Shown: piece after piece, positions 43,409 to 56,115 of the stretch
How the letters are laid out: each line of letters opens with the position of its first letter
How positions within the stretch are numbered: position 1 is the first letter of the stretch
NCBI GenBank assembly: GCA_964016885.1
Contig: OZ024746.1
Coordinates: 75,144,001-75,208,000, forward strand
Reading direction: 5' to 3'
Source: Eledone cirrhosa
Lineage: Eukaryota
DNA: 64,000 bases
Notes under the pieces: generated by a model
Seen by the model: the letters and a program-made list of their open reading frames with translations, nothing else
The model's database searches: none
Told to the model about the DNA's origin: nothing
Made by a program: the position numbers and the translations under genes

Positions 43409-43791
43409 GCGTAAGGTCTTCAAAGTTCTTTTAATTAAGCATATAGTGTATTGCAAAATACACTGTATATACATTTATATATATATCGCTATTTCAGAGC
43501 ACCAATTCTAATTTTCAATTTTTGCTGGACCGGCAACCGCTCTGTATAATCAGTTCCTGATTATTACTGGAATTCTATAAGAATCCAACATTCATAATTT
43601 TCGGCAAACAGAAGGAGTGGTGAGCTTTGATAAGTACGAACAAGTACGAAACAGAGCCCTGTCAGCTTATCTCCCCTGTTTGCTGAAAATTGAAGTAAGT
43701 GACATTGTCACTACTTTAAAACAATAGCGTAAGGTCTTCAAAATGCTTTTAATTAAGCATACAGTGTATTGAAAAATACACTATATATACA

Positions 43792-43838
<47 letters not shown>

Positions 43839-45014
43839 CAACGAGAAAAAGTGTCATCTCTCCTCCATTCCCAACAGAAAGACAAGTTGATACTCTTCTC
43901 ATACGATAATACTACGAGAGAGCATCGACGGTGATTGTTTCCCAAACGATGTGACATTGATGCTATATTCACCTTGAAAATATCGAATATTCTAAAATAT
44001 ATGACAAAATACACATTGAAATTGTAAACATAGTCTTTTCTTCAGCTGGTAAACTTCACTTTGTTCATAGACGCAAGACCTCATACATTAGTCAAGATAA
44101 ACGTCTATAATATTGCCCCAATACTAAACTGCTACTTTATTTTATCGTTCCCGGGAGGATGAAATGTTAAGTTGACCTTGTTGAGATATAAAATCAGACA
44201 TAAAGAGCAGGACAAATATACCAACGCATATACCGACGCACTAACGATTCTGTCTCCCATACAACTTAAGAGGGCATAATTATTTCAAATACGTCCAAAC
44301 AGAAAATCCCACATAAAAAAAAAAAATGTCGGGAGAATTGTCTTACTGTATTTACTCGGACTCTTTTCATTCTGAGTTTTTGGGTAGACATAAAACATCA
44401 CCCGGTTTAACACCACCATTGGGTGCCTTGGTGATGTTTCCAGTGTTCACTGTTGCAGACCTTTGGACCAAAACACTGGATTATTAGAGCGTAAAAACAA
44501 GATACCGTGTGGTATTTTTTCTGAGTTCAAATCCCACTGATATGTTTCTTTCGTGATCGATGAAAAACGTACCAGGCCATAGCAATGGCTTAGTGGTATT
44601 ATTAGAGGGTCTGGCGAGATGCCTTGCTGTATTTACTCCGGCTCTTTTTGTTCATAGTTCAAATTCTGATGTGGCATAGCTAGCTGGTAGACGTAAACCA
44701 TCGTCCCCATTTAACATCACCATATAGCTCGTGGATGCCTTTATCAGTATTCATTCTAGGATTCCAATATGGGGGTACCTTCTTGTCTCCCATCAGTCTC
44801 AGAAGCTCTACGAATGTCATATGTATTACCCTTCTATCTCTGACTAAAAGAGTAAAAAGGAAATTCCAGGGGAATCCTAGAATTAACTGTATAAGTAATA
44901 CGTCTGGCATGATGTGCCACACAAAAAATATGACAGTCAACAGAAGAACATAAGCAATATATTTTATTCACCACTCTACCGTCACTACCATATACCAGCA
45001 TATCAATAATTGTA

Positions 45015-46344
45015 ATAATTTTTTCTACTTTAGGCACAAGGCAGCAAATACCCAGTGCATTACTGGTACTTTATTTTATCGACCCCGTAAGGATGAAAGG
45101 CAAAGTCAACCTCGGCGAGATTTGAACTCAGATCGTAAAGGGACATAACTATGCTGGAAAGCATGGCGTCCGACCCTCTACCGATAATGATTTCTCGTAT
45201 AGGCACAAAGCCAGTAATTTCGGGTGGAGGAAAGTCGATTAAATCGACCCCAGTACATTACTGGTACTTTATTTTATCGACCCCGTAAGGATGAAAGGCA
45301 AAGTTAACCTTGGCGGGATTTGAACTCAGACCGTAAAGGACCGTAACACCATGTTGCAAAGAATGGTGTCCGACTCTCTACTGATACTGCCAATCCACCT
45401 AAACCAGCCACGAATTTGAGTATAGAGGTATAGCCGAGGAAGTTTACTGAGTATTTGAAAGAAAATGTGGTTCTTGATTGAATCTAAAGTCATCATACAT
45501 CTAGCAAACTTAATAAGCTCCAAATATAAATGAATATTTTATGCATAAAAATAATGTAATACACACTGGCACAATTAAATTAACATAAATGTACATTTAT
45601 ACATATACGCATACTTTTAAAGATAAATACGCATACATTAATATAAAACTACATACCTATATAAAATGCACATTTACAGCGATAGGCGATGAGTCGTATA
45701 GTTAATTCTATGAAAGAGACAGATTACATCCATGTATACCACCATATACATACAATAATCAATCGTATATAAACATATTATACAATATCATTATCCATAT
45801 TATCCAAGCGGTGGATTGGCAGTATCGTTAGAGGGTCGGACGCCATGCTTCGCAGCATAGAGTTACGGCCCTTTATGATCTGAGTTCAAATCCCGCAAAG
45901 GTTAACTTTGCCTTTCATCGATAAAATAAAGTACCAGTAATTCACTGGGGTTAATTGCTGGCGTTGTGCCAAAAGTAGAAACAATTATTATCCATACATG
46001 TACACAAAATTGTGGCTGGATATTTGTCGTGACATAAAGAATACAAATAACAACACAGATATACAGACAGAAATATATACATATATATACAAACATATAT
46101 GTAAAACTCAATCCTAGTTGTGCACACACGCTATTACTGGCGTGGGATGTATTTGTTTTGATATTAAGATGCTAAATATACAAATATCAGTCGTTAAACA
46201 GGTCTATCAGGCTTTCATTAGAAAGTTGAAAGCAGGAACCCAAATTTGACAGCGTATTTTGAATGTTTTCACTTTTGTAATATTTGAACAAACGGGACAT
46301 ATTCTCATTACGACAGTTCTTTCTTTTATTTATATATATATATA

Positions 46345-46389
<45 letters not shown>

Positions 46390-46445
46390 TGTGCGTGTGT
46401 ATGTGTGGGTGGGCGTAATATATATATATATGCATATATATATAA

Positions 46446-46520
<75 letters not shown>

Positions 46521-46730
46521 GCTTTTGATTTAGGCACAAGGCCAGCAATTTTGGGCAAGGGGAAAGTCGATTAAATCGACCCCAGTGCGTTACTGGTGCT
46601 TTATTTTATCGACCCCGTAAGGATAAAAGGCAAAGTTAACCTTGGCGGGATTTGAACTCAGATCATAAAGGGCCGTAACTCTATGCTGCAAAGCATGGTG
46701 TCTGACTCTCTACCGATACTGCCAATCCAC

Positions 46731-46765
<35 letters not shown>

Positions 46766-47405
46766 TTTCTTTATTAACCACAAGGGTTTACACTAAGTAG
46801 ACATTAAGGACAGTACAGGACAGTACAGGACGGTACAAATGGGCATTTCTGCGTGTAAAAAAAAAAAAACAGAGGATGTAACAAAAAAAGGAACAATGAA
46901 AAATTCCCCAATGGGGGGAGACTTCTGAGGGCCATCGTGGAGATAGCCCATTAAAAAAAGCCACGGTGACCCTGACCACCAGGGCAAGTGCCCTCTCCCA
47001 GTTTTCCACCTTCAATTTACATACTCAGAGTAGGCCCATTCACTCGGGCCATTCTTGCCTCTCTCACCCATCTTTCAACAAAATGCTGGGAAGAGAACAC
47101 TTCCCTCTCTACCCTTATTTTTCCTTTTCAAATGAAATTTGAAAAAGTTAATCAGGGCTTCAGCGAATAGGTAAAAACTGCCTGCCCTTCCCTGCTAAAG
47201 GAAGAGGGTGGGGAAATCCTCACGATGGGCTCAGCTCATGGCGGGATCAGTTCTGCAATGCTCGGACACTGAACGAGTGCGTGCAGGACGGTTGAAAGGC
47301 AAAGTTAACCTCGGCGGGATTTGAACTCAGAATGGAAAGGGCCGTAATTCTATGCGTCAAAGCATGGCGTCCGACCCTCTACCGATACTGCCAATCGACC
47401 GCCCC
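45015..47405. mobile_element. SINE-rich block (copies at about 45015-45185, 45190-45400, 45807-45990, 46520-46730, 47293-47405)
   Basis: Same consensus. Further copies occur at about 10395, 15870, 16090, 19525, 30540, 31470, 39190, 39583, 49206, 52085 and 53880. Confidence 0.85.
46765..47292 (-). mobile_element. Related Tx1-like LINE 3' fragment with (TAA)n at its 3' end
   Basis: Shares GGCCCATTCACTCGGGCCATTCT and the ORF2 C-terminus with 56460-56830. Confidence 0.75.
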
Positions 47406-47455
47406 TAATAATAATAAAAGAACGATTTGTTATATCTTCATTGCGTTTATTGATT

Positions 47456-47539
47456 GGTGAAGCGCGTTTCGCTATTGATCAGCTCAAGGTTTGATCCGTA
47501 TCGATCTGCCCGATTCTGGAATCAAAAGCTCGTCGGACC
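47456..47539 (-). ncRNA. Degenerate hammerhead-like motif (CCGACGA core)
   Basis: GGT-CCGACGA-GC...GC-GAA-ACGCGCTT-C-ACC, followed by AATAAA, adjacent to (TA)n. Confidence 0.45.
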
Positions 47540-47543
47540 TGTA

Positions 47544-47647
<104 letters not shown>

Positions 47648-47700
47648 TATAAATATATATATATATATATAAATATGTATATACATATATATAAATATAT

Positions 47701-47835
<135 letters not shown>

Positions 47836-47841
47836 TATATA

Positions 47842-47921
<80 letters not shown>

Positions 47922-47927
47922 TATATA

Positions 47928-48070
<143 letters not shown>

Positions 48071-48410
48071 GATAACAAGTTATCGTTTTAGGTAATCCAG
48101 TTAGAGGTTGTGAGTACTTGGTACTATGGATAGTTTTAACGTACGGCGTTGTTTGACTCAACAAGAGGTTTCCATAGTTAGGTAGTGAGTTTGTGAGAAT
48201 TCCCTTGCGGGTCATTCTTGGAGTAATAGTAGTGAAAGAGGGAAGAATGTCATGGTCGGCTGGACAAAAATGGTTTTAGTTACAGTATTTAAGGTCGAGT
48301 GACGCAATTTCGAGTGACCAGCGGCCTTTAGACTCACCTGATCAATGAAACAATTGTTAATACTGTAAATAAAACTCTTTTTGTACAGCTGACCATGTTA
48401 TTCTTCACTT

Positions 48411-48540
<130 letters not shown>

Positions 48541-48545
48541 CATTT

Positions 48546-48595
<50 letters not shown>

Positions 48596-48649
48596 GTCGA
48601 AAAGAAAGAAATCGGAGAACAGACCGTTAATACATGTTTATTTAAAACA

Positions 48650-48689
48650 GCACCTACGTACGTTTCGCCCAGTTGGGCTTGTCAAGGGC
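48650..48689 (-). ncRNA. Minimal hammerhead motif, U3-A8 core variant
   Basis: GCCC-TTGACAA-GCCC-AACT-GGGC-GAA-ACGTACGT-A-GGTGC. The C3:G8 pair is replaced by U3:A8. Confidence 0.68.
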
Positions 48690-49536
48690 ATAAATAACCA
48701 AAAGTGTTCCTTACATTGCTCGGAAAGTGTTTATGGGGTTAAGTCTACGTCATAATTCATTCTTGGTACAGTAAGGTACTATATATATATATATATATAT
48801 ATTGGAAAATGTGTGAAATCCTTGGTACAGTTAGGTACATTTGAAAAAAGAAAAAGAATGAAGTATGTTTTAAATACACACACACACACACACACATATA
48901 TATTTTATATGTGTATTTGGTGTATACGTTCGTATGTGTGCGCGTGTTTATGTGTATGTGCATGTATTTTCATGCATGGCATGTGTTTTCGCGTTTGCAC
49001 GAGTATGTGCGTATATAGATGCGCGTTCACAGATTGATTTTTTTTCATTTCAGAAGATCCCGTTAAGAGTGAAAGCAGCGATTCTTTGCTTAAATTTTAA
49101 TCTGTTATTTTAATAAATATTTGCTCTAAGGTTCTTATATATTTGATATATATTTATCCCTATCGAGCCCTCTTTGGATTTTAGTCTTCACATTTATGAT
49201 TATTAGGTGGATTGGCAGTATCGGTAGAGGGTCAGACACCATGCTTTCCAGCATAGTTACGTCCCTTTACGATCTGAGTTCAAATCCCGCCGAGGTTGAC
49301 TTTGCCTTTCATCCTTACGGGGTCGATAAAATAAAGTACCAGTAATGCACTGGGTATTTACTGGCCTTGTGCCTAAAGTAGAAACAATTACTATATATAT
49401 ACAGAGAGAGGGGGGAGTGAGAGAGAGAGAGAGAACTTCTTATACAAAATCACTGAGGTGTAGATCCCAATAAAGTAACCTAAAAAGAACACTTCACAAG
49501 CATACATACAATTTTTTTTTTCTTTACCTTACAGAA

Positions 49537-49631
49537 TCCCCTCTGATGAAAAGATGTTCTGTTAACCGTGGCTATCTCAATCTATTGATATGGTCAGCGC
49601 TATTCTTCAACATGGAAACTGCAGTATGGGA
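49537..49631 (+). ncRNA. Hammerhead motif with long stem II
   Basis: TCCCCT-CTGATGA-AAAG-ATGTT...AACAT-G-GAA-ACTGCAGT-A-TGGGA. Palindromic stem III; imperfect stem I with a T-T mismatch at its base. Confidence 0.6.
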
Positions 49632-49842
49632 ACTTAGTGAAGCTTTCTAACTTTACATTGCTTAACTATGACTAAATCCCTAGGGAAAGATGGTGGTGAA
49701 GTTTCCTTTTTAGATTGCTTTACTGAGAACTATCTCTCACTGATTTTGTTCTAGATATATTTGCTTCTCTGAATGAAAACATATTACGGATCTCTTTTCG
49801 TTGAGATGTTATGAATATTGGTGACAAATTTACTTATGTATA

Positions 49843-49965
<123 letters not shown>

Positions 49966-50055
49966 ACATATGAATGGACCTGTTATTTTTATCTAAAGAC
50001 ATCTTTTCCAATTCCACCCGGCCCGTCCTTTCAATCTATCTAATTTCTCATTCTT

Positions 50056-50090
50056 TCTTCTGATGAAGGATAGCGTCCGAAACGTTAAGA
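50056..50090 (+). ncRNA. Minimal hammerhead motif
   Basis: TCTT-CTGATGA-A-GGA-TAGCG-TCC-GAA-ACGT-T-AAGA. A degenerate relative lies on the minus strand at about 61683-61715. Confidence 0.75.
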
Positions 50091-50215
50091 CCCTTTTCCT
50101 GCTGCTATATCAAGCGTTAACCTAATATATTCTTTCCATATACTGTACCGATTGTGTTGATATTTCTGTTTACCTTTTAAATACACACACACACACACAT
50201 ACACACATACACACA

Positions 50216-50280
<65 letters not shown>

Positions 50281-50595
50281 CATGTATTACGCTGCCTTAG
50301 GTTTCAAGGGTGTACAATGGGGTAGAAAATGCATAGAGTAGCGATCGAAAGACTGAACTCCTTTATCATGCGCACGTGTGTGCATGTGTGTGTGTGCGTG
50401 TGTGTGTGTTTGTGTGTGGGGGGCGTGTGCGTGTGTGTGTGTGTCTGTGTATGTGTGGGTGTGTGGGTGCGTGTGCGTGTGTGTGTCTTTGTGTGTGTGC
50501 GTGTGTGTGTGGGGGTGGTTGGGTGGGCGCGTGTGTGTGGGGGGTGTATGTGTGTGTGTGTGTATGTGTGTGTGTGTGTATGTGTGGGTGGGTGT

Positions 50596-50629
<34 letters not shown>

Positions 50630-50849
50630 GTGTGTGCGTGCGCGTGTGCGTTCGTGTGTGTGTGTGTGTGTGTGAATATATGTATTTGGTAGGAACATGA
50701 GTATGTACAAGCATTCAGGTACCGAGGGTATTTCTTCTGTATTTATGTATATGTGTTTGCATACTTTCGTTTTTATTTGTCTTTATGTCACTATATGTAA
50801 ACATACATACATGTATGTATATACATACATATAGATATATATGTATGTG

Positions 50850-50898
<49 letters not shown>

Positions 50899-51129
50899 TC
50901 AAACATATATATACATATACATGCATGCATACTTATACATATATATAGATATATAGAGATATATATGTATGTATCTATGTATGCATCTATGTATGTATGT
51001 ATGTATGTATATATGTATGTATATATATACATATATATATATATACATATATATATATACACACACATATATATATATATATATTTACACATATATGTGT
51101 AAATATATATATAAATATATGTGTGTGTG

Positions 51130-51165
<36 letters not shown>

Positions 51166-51224
51166 TATATATATATATACACACACATATATATATATAT
51201 ATATATTTACACATATATATATAT

Positions 51225-51255
<31 letters not shown>

Positions 51256-51320
51256 AATATATATATATACACACATATATATATATATATTTACACATAT
51301 ATATATATACACACACACAC

Positions 51321-51351
<31 letters not shown>

Positions 51352-51707
51352 TATATATATATACACACACACATATATATATATACACACACACATATAT
51401 TTATATAAAGATATAGAGAGGGAGAGAGGGAAGAGAGGGGGTATTATCTATACATGTGCGTGTGTGTTTGTATGAATGTGTCTATGTATGTTTGTCTTTG
51501 GTGGAGTTAACAGCAAAACCTACGTTATGTTTACGTGAGTGTAGTATTACAACAGGTTTCACCGACTAGTATGGACGGCGTCATCTTCAGCCAACTTACA
51601 CGCATTAGTCACGTGCTTGACTAATTATATAGATAGATAGATAGGTAGATAGGTAGGTAGGTAGGTAGGTAGGTAGGTAGGTAGGTAGGTAGGTAAATAA
51701 ATAGATA

Positions 51708-51752
51708 TATTTCTTTATTAGCCACAGGGGCACAAAAGAAGGGGACAAATAC
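51708..51752 (-). mobile_element. Tx1-like LINE extreme 3' tip in (GATA)n
   Basis: TTTCTTTATTAGCCACAGGGGCACAAAAGAAGGGGACAAATACA matches the 3' ends of the other copies. Confidence 0.75.
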
Positions 51753-51842
<90 letters not shown>

Positions 51843-53219
51843 TTCTTTATTTAGGTAGATAGATAGATTGATAGATACGAATACCTTATATATACATTTA
51901 CATTTGTGCAAATAGGGAGCAGCTTTTCTTCTTTCAAATATATGTATTAAAGGCACGACTGTTTAACCCTCCTTATTAAGGAATTTTCATAGTTTTCCTT
52001 TGTTCTTTACATATAAAATAAAGCAATGATGTGCCTAAATACATTAGCCCCTTCATGTTTGAAGATCAACATCTGATTAATATAATGATTTCTAGTGTAG
52101 GCACAAGGCCAGTAATTTGGTGGGTTGGGGAGGGAGTCGATTAAATCGACCCCAGTACGTCACTGGTGCTTTATTTTATCGACTCCGTAAGGATGAAAGG
52201 CAAAGTTAACCTCGGCAGGATTTGAACTCAGACCGTAAAGGACCGTAACTCTATGCTGCAAAGCATGGTGTCCGACTCTCTACCGATATTGCCAATCCAC
52301 CGCCCTGACATCTGAATAATATAATAAGATTAACGGCGAGCTTTTCGTGTGGTTTGTGAGCTGGCCGAAAACGATCATCGAATCATCTGTAAAGTACTCA
52401 ACACTGAATATAAAAAATCGTTTATACAATATTTCATTTTATGACATGAAAGCGTCACATGTTTTTAAAACCCACAATTAAGTTGCCTTCCTTCTCACCC
52501 TTATCGGAATAAATACAACGGGCAAAGAAGTAATGTTGAATGTAATACATCTCATTCTCATTTTTACCCATGAGATGATACAAACCTGTTTGTTCACTCT
52601 TTTACCCTTCATAAAATTAGTAAATGCAGGAATGTTAGTGGTGTTGTTAATGTCGTCGTTCTTAGTGTCTGTACTGTATTATTTTTTTTATTCAAAATAA
52701 TAGTTGAAATTCTTTTCTGTTTTCTATCTTCAACTTTAAAAGTTCTGTTAAGGTGTTTAATACTATTTTTTGTTTAAAAATAATGTCGTTTCAAAATTGT
52801 TTTGGTTGCAGCCTTCGATAATATGGTGAGCACCACTTCGTGGTATTTCCAGGACAAGCGGCTTACAAGCTTTGTAAATATTGCTAATGGCTATTTATCA
52901 TATTAGTGTAAACATATTAAAGTGTCTGAAGCCAAAACTTTTCTCTGTGCAACCTCAAAAAAGAAAACTCTTGATGTCTTTCTCATACAATAATAATCCT
53001 TTATTGTTCACATAAGTCTACCACATAAAACACAAACATTTTATGCAGAATATATTGCAGAACATGTTGAGGTAGACATGTTCAATAAATGGGAAAACGG
53101 AGAAGAGACAGATTGTAATATAACACAAAATACGAATGGAAATTAATTCACAATATATACAAACAAATTCATCTACAGCAGAGTAGGAAACGCCACCTAT
53201 AAAAGATCAGGTTACTCCA

Positions 53220-53740
53220 GGACTCCGACCACCCTGCCCTCTCCCAAGTGCAATCTCCAGGCCTAATTCAAGAATTGGCCCTCATATGTAGCATTCGTCT
53301 TTCATCAAATTTGTTGGAAGCAGGGCTTTCCTCTCTCTCCAAATTCACTGTTGCTTCAAATGGCATTTTAATAAGAAATATGAGGATAGGGAAAGTCGAT
53401 TATAGGTTATAATCGATTATAGGTTATAATCGACTTTGTCCTCAAATGTGTCCAGCATACCATTTTCGCTTTGGCTTCAAGACAAAGGAAAACTGCCTGC
53501 CTTTCCTTACTAAACGCTAGCAGTCGGAAGAGCTTCAGAAAGGACTCAATTGGCAGGCAATAATAGTCGTTGGTCATAATCACAACATATTAGCAGTACA
53601 CAAAGATTGAACGGGTGTGTGAAGAACGATGTCATCGTTCTCCGCGTATTTTAGACAAACTTGATTGGCAGAACTTCCGTACCAGTAGATATTATCCAGT
53701 ATACTCACCGATAGCACTGCCAGGCTATGGATATCGGAAA
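53220..53740 (-). mobile_element. Old degenerate Tx1-like 3' fragment
   Basis: Patches similar to other copies (AACTGCCTGCC, TAGCACTGCCAGGC = AWQCY). Confidence 0.5.
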
Positions 53741-54543
53741 ATTGGCTACAGACCATGGATAAGTTATCGGATCTTTATCAATGTCTAGAATCTCCCACCA
53801 ATAATGGCAATACTAATTATGATGAATTCAAACAATGACAAAACACCACACATTTTTATTGGTCCCAGTACTTGAACGGTGAGGTGGCGAATTGGTAAAG
53901 TCGTTAGAGCGCCAAATAGAATGTTTTGCGGTATTTTATCAGATTCTCCGCGCTCTAAGTTCAAATCCCACCTAAGTCAAGTTTGTTTTAACTGAAATCA
54001 ACTTTGTCTTTCACCCCTTTGCGGTCGATAAATAATACACCAGTCATGTAGTAGGGTCGAATATTTGTCTTTCTCTCAGCCGTCATTCCCTTCCCCCCTT
54101 CGCTCTCTCTCAGAATTGACTGCGTTGTACTCTGACACGTTCGTTGTCGATGAATGTCAGACTCTGCAATGTCAGAAAGAGTAGGAAACTCAACAGAAAG
54201 TTCGAGAAAGCCAATCATACTCCAAGCTTTAACGATTACAGACGAAGATGACTTCAATGGAACTTTCTTTTGAATTCAGATGTAGCTCCATGCTACAAGA
54301 AACGACACGGAACGCCACTGTATCGACTATTCCAATCCACAACACTACATGGTGTACGCAAGTTATTGTTAAGAACAATCAATTATATTAACCTCTGTAC
54401 TCCACTGCTATTCTATTTTAACGACAACAGAAAGATGAAAGACATAGTTGAGATCGATGGAATTCGAACTCAGAACGTAACGGGCCGTAACTAAATGCAA
54501 TGAAGCATGTTTCCCAACGCTATAACGATTCTACCAATACATT

Positions 54544-54673
54544 GAAGAAGAAGAAGAAGAAGAAGAAGAAGAAGAAGAAGAAGAAGAAGAAGAAGAAGAA
54601 GAAGAAGAAGAGCAACGACAACAACAACAACGACGACGACGACGACGACAATAACAACAACAACAACAACAAC
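54544..54673. repeat. (GAA)n-(CAA/CGA)n compound trinucleotide microsatellite just downstream of the gene C exon
   Basis: Direct reading. Confidence 0.95.
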
Positions 54674-54694
54674 AGAAAGAATGTTTCGTTTGGC

Positions 54695-54909
54695 TCAACC
54701 GGACTGGGGTCCTCGACCTGCACAGTCGACACTGGCGCGCCAATCACATCGAAGGTTATCCATAGAGAAAGCACTCCCAGTCGGACACTTGATTCGTGCC
54801 ACAACACGACCGTGGTTGCATTTGTAAAAACGTCCGCAATTGTTGTTATCCGGAACATCACCGAATTCTGTGCCTGCACAAGGTTTGTCGATTGTCGGAC
54901 TTGCCGTTG
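54695..54909 (-). CDS. Chitin-binding gene C, single CBM14 exon (upstream exons not found in window)
   Basis: Strong TTTCCTTTCTGTTCCAG acceptor, phase 1. CAGTEFGDVPDNNNCGRFYKCNHG...CPTGSAFSMDNLRCDWRASVDC. Ends at TGA 54695-54697 or at a weak G|GTTGAG donor. Confidence 0.85.
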
Positions 54910-55017
54910 CTGGAACAGAAAGGAAAGTCAAGGATCAGATGTTACTTCATATAAACTATATATATATATACTATATAAACTATATAAACTATATATATAC
55001 TATATAAAATATATAAG

Positions 55018-55056
<39 letters not shown>

Positions 55057-55164
55057 AAAAAATAGAGGTGTAACACACGAGTTGTGATATATTAGTAAAA
55101 GTAAAAGAAAATGCTGACAAATTTTTCACTGGGAAAAATTTGTCAGCATTTTCTTTTCCTTTTA

Positions 55165-55239
<75 letters not shown>

Positions 55240-55415
55240 AGAGTCAAGACCCCGGCGGAAGAGCGCCGACCGTTTCGACAGCTGAAACGGTCGGGATCCT
55301 AACTCTTTTCATATTACCCACTCAATTACCCTAAGTGCGTTACGGTCCACCTGGTATCTTACCACACTTTCTTTGTTATATATATATATATGTATGTATA
55401 GATATAGATATATAT

Positions 55416-55464
<49 letters not shown>

Positions 55465-55504
55465 TGCGAAGTTGTAGATGTTAAAGGGTCTTTTATTAAT
55501 GAAG

Positions 55505-55577
55505 CTGTGATATATATTTCAATGACGATCGTGGCCACTTCAATTGACGTAACCGTCCACCTGATCTCATCAGACAG
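55505..55577 (-). ncRNA. Hammerhead motif, sense to the inferred gene C intron
   Basis: CTGT-CTGATGA-GATC...GATCGTCATT-GAA-ATATATAT-C-ACAG, followed by AATAAA about 10 nt downstream. Confidence 0.62.
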
Positions 55578-55892
55578 TCACATTAAGTAAACAGGTTACG
55601 TTTCCGAGGCAATCCAGACCCAGGTGCAAGGGAACGGACAAATATATATATATATATTCATTTATCGATTTATTCATTTATTTATTTATTTACTTATTTA
55701 TTTATTTCAAAAAAGCACTCTGGCTAATTGACCACTCCCCAAAGAAAAAACGGCCTGTGCCATGAAGTGGTCCTGTGTATCTAAATACCATCCCACCCCA
55801 AAAGATAAACCCCCCCCACCCCCCACCCCCATCCACCACCCCTCCCTTACCACTACCTAAATGTATAAATACCAGAACTTAATATGACACCC

Positions 55893-55943
55893 AGCTTCCT
55901 GAAGATTTCATCTGAATGAAACAGTACTAGTCCTGTAGAAGCT
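55893..55943 (+). ncRNA. Type I hammerhead ribozyme motif (best-formed copy)
   Basis: AGCTTC-CTGAAGA-T-TTCA-TC-TGAA-T-GAA-ACAG-TACTAGTC-CTGT-A-GAAGCT. 6-bp stem I, 4-bp stem III, GUA cleavage triplet. Confidence 0.82.
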
Positions 55944-56115
55944 CCTTCTATGAAATAAAAAATGTTTACTCTGCCATGTATTGAGTACCTTACTTACTGT
56001 GGTTATCCCCGACTCAACCCGGGACCTACGTATATATATATAGACATAGATTTGGATATAGATAGATAGGTAGATAGATAGATATATAGATAGATAGATA
56101 TATAGATAGATAGAT

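Noticed and set aside
51550-51595. Minus-strand CTGAAGA...GAAAC motif
   Set aside because: Core is present but stem I cannot pair; at best a decayed copy, so not counted as intact.
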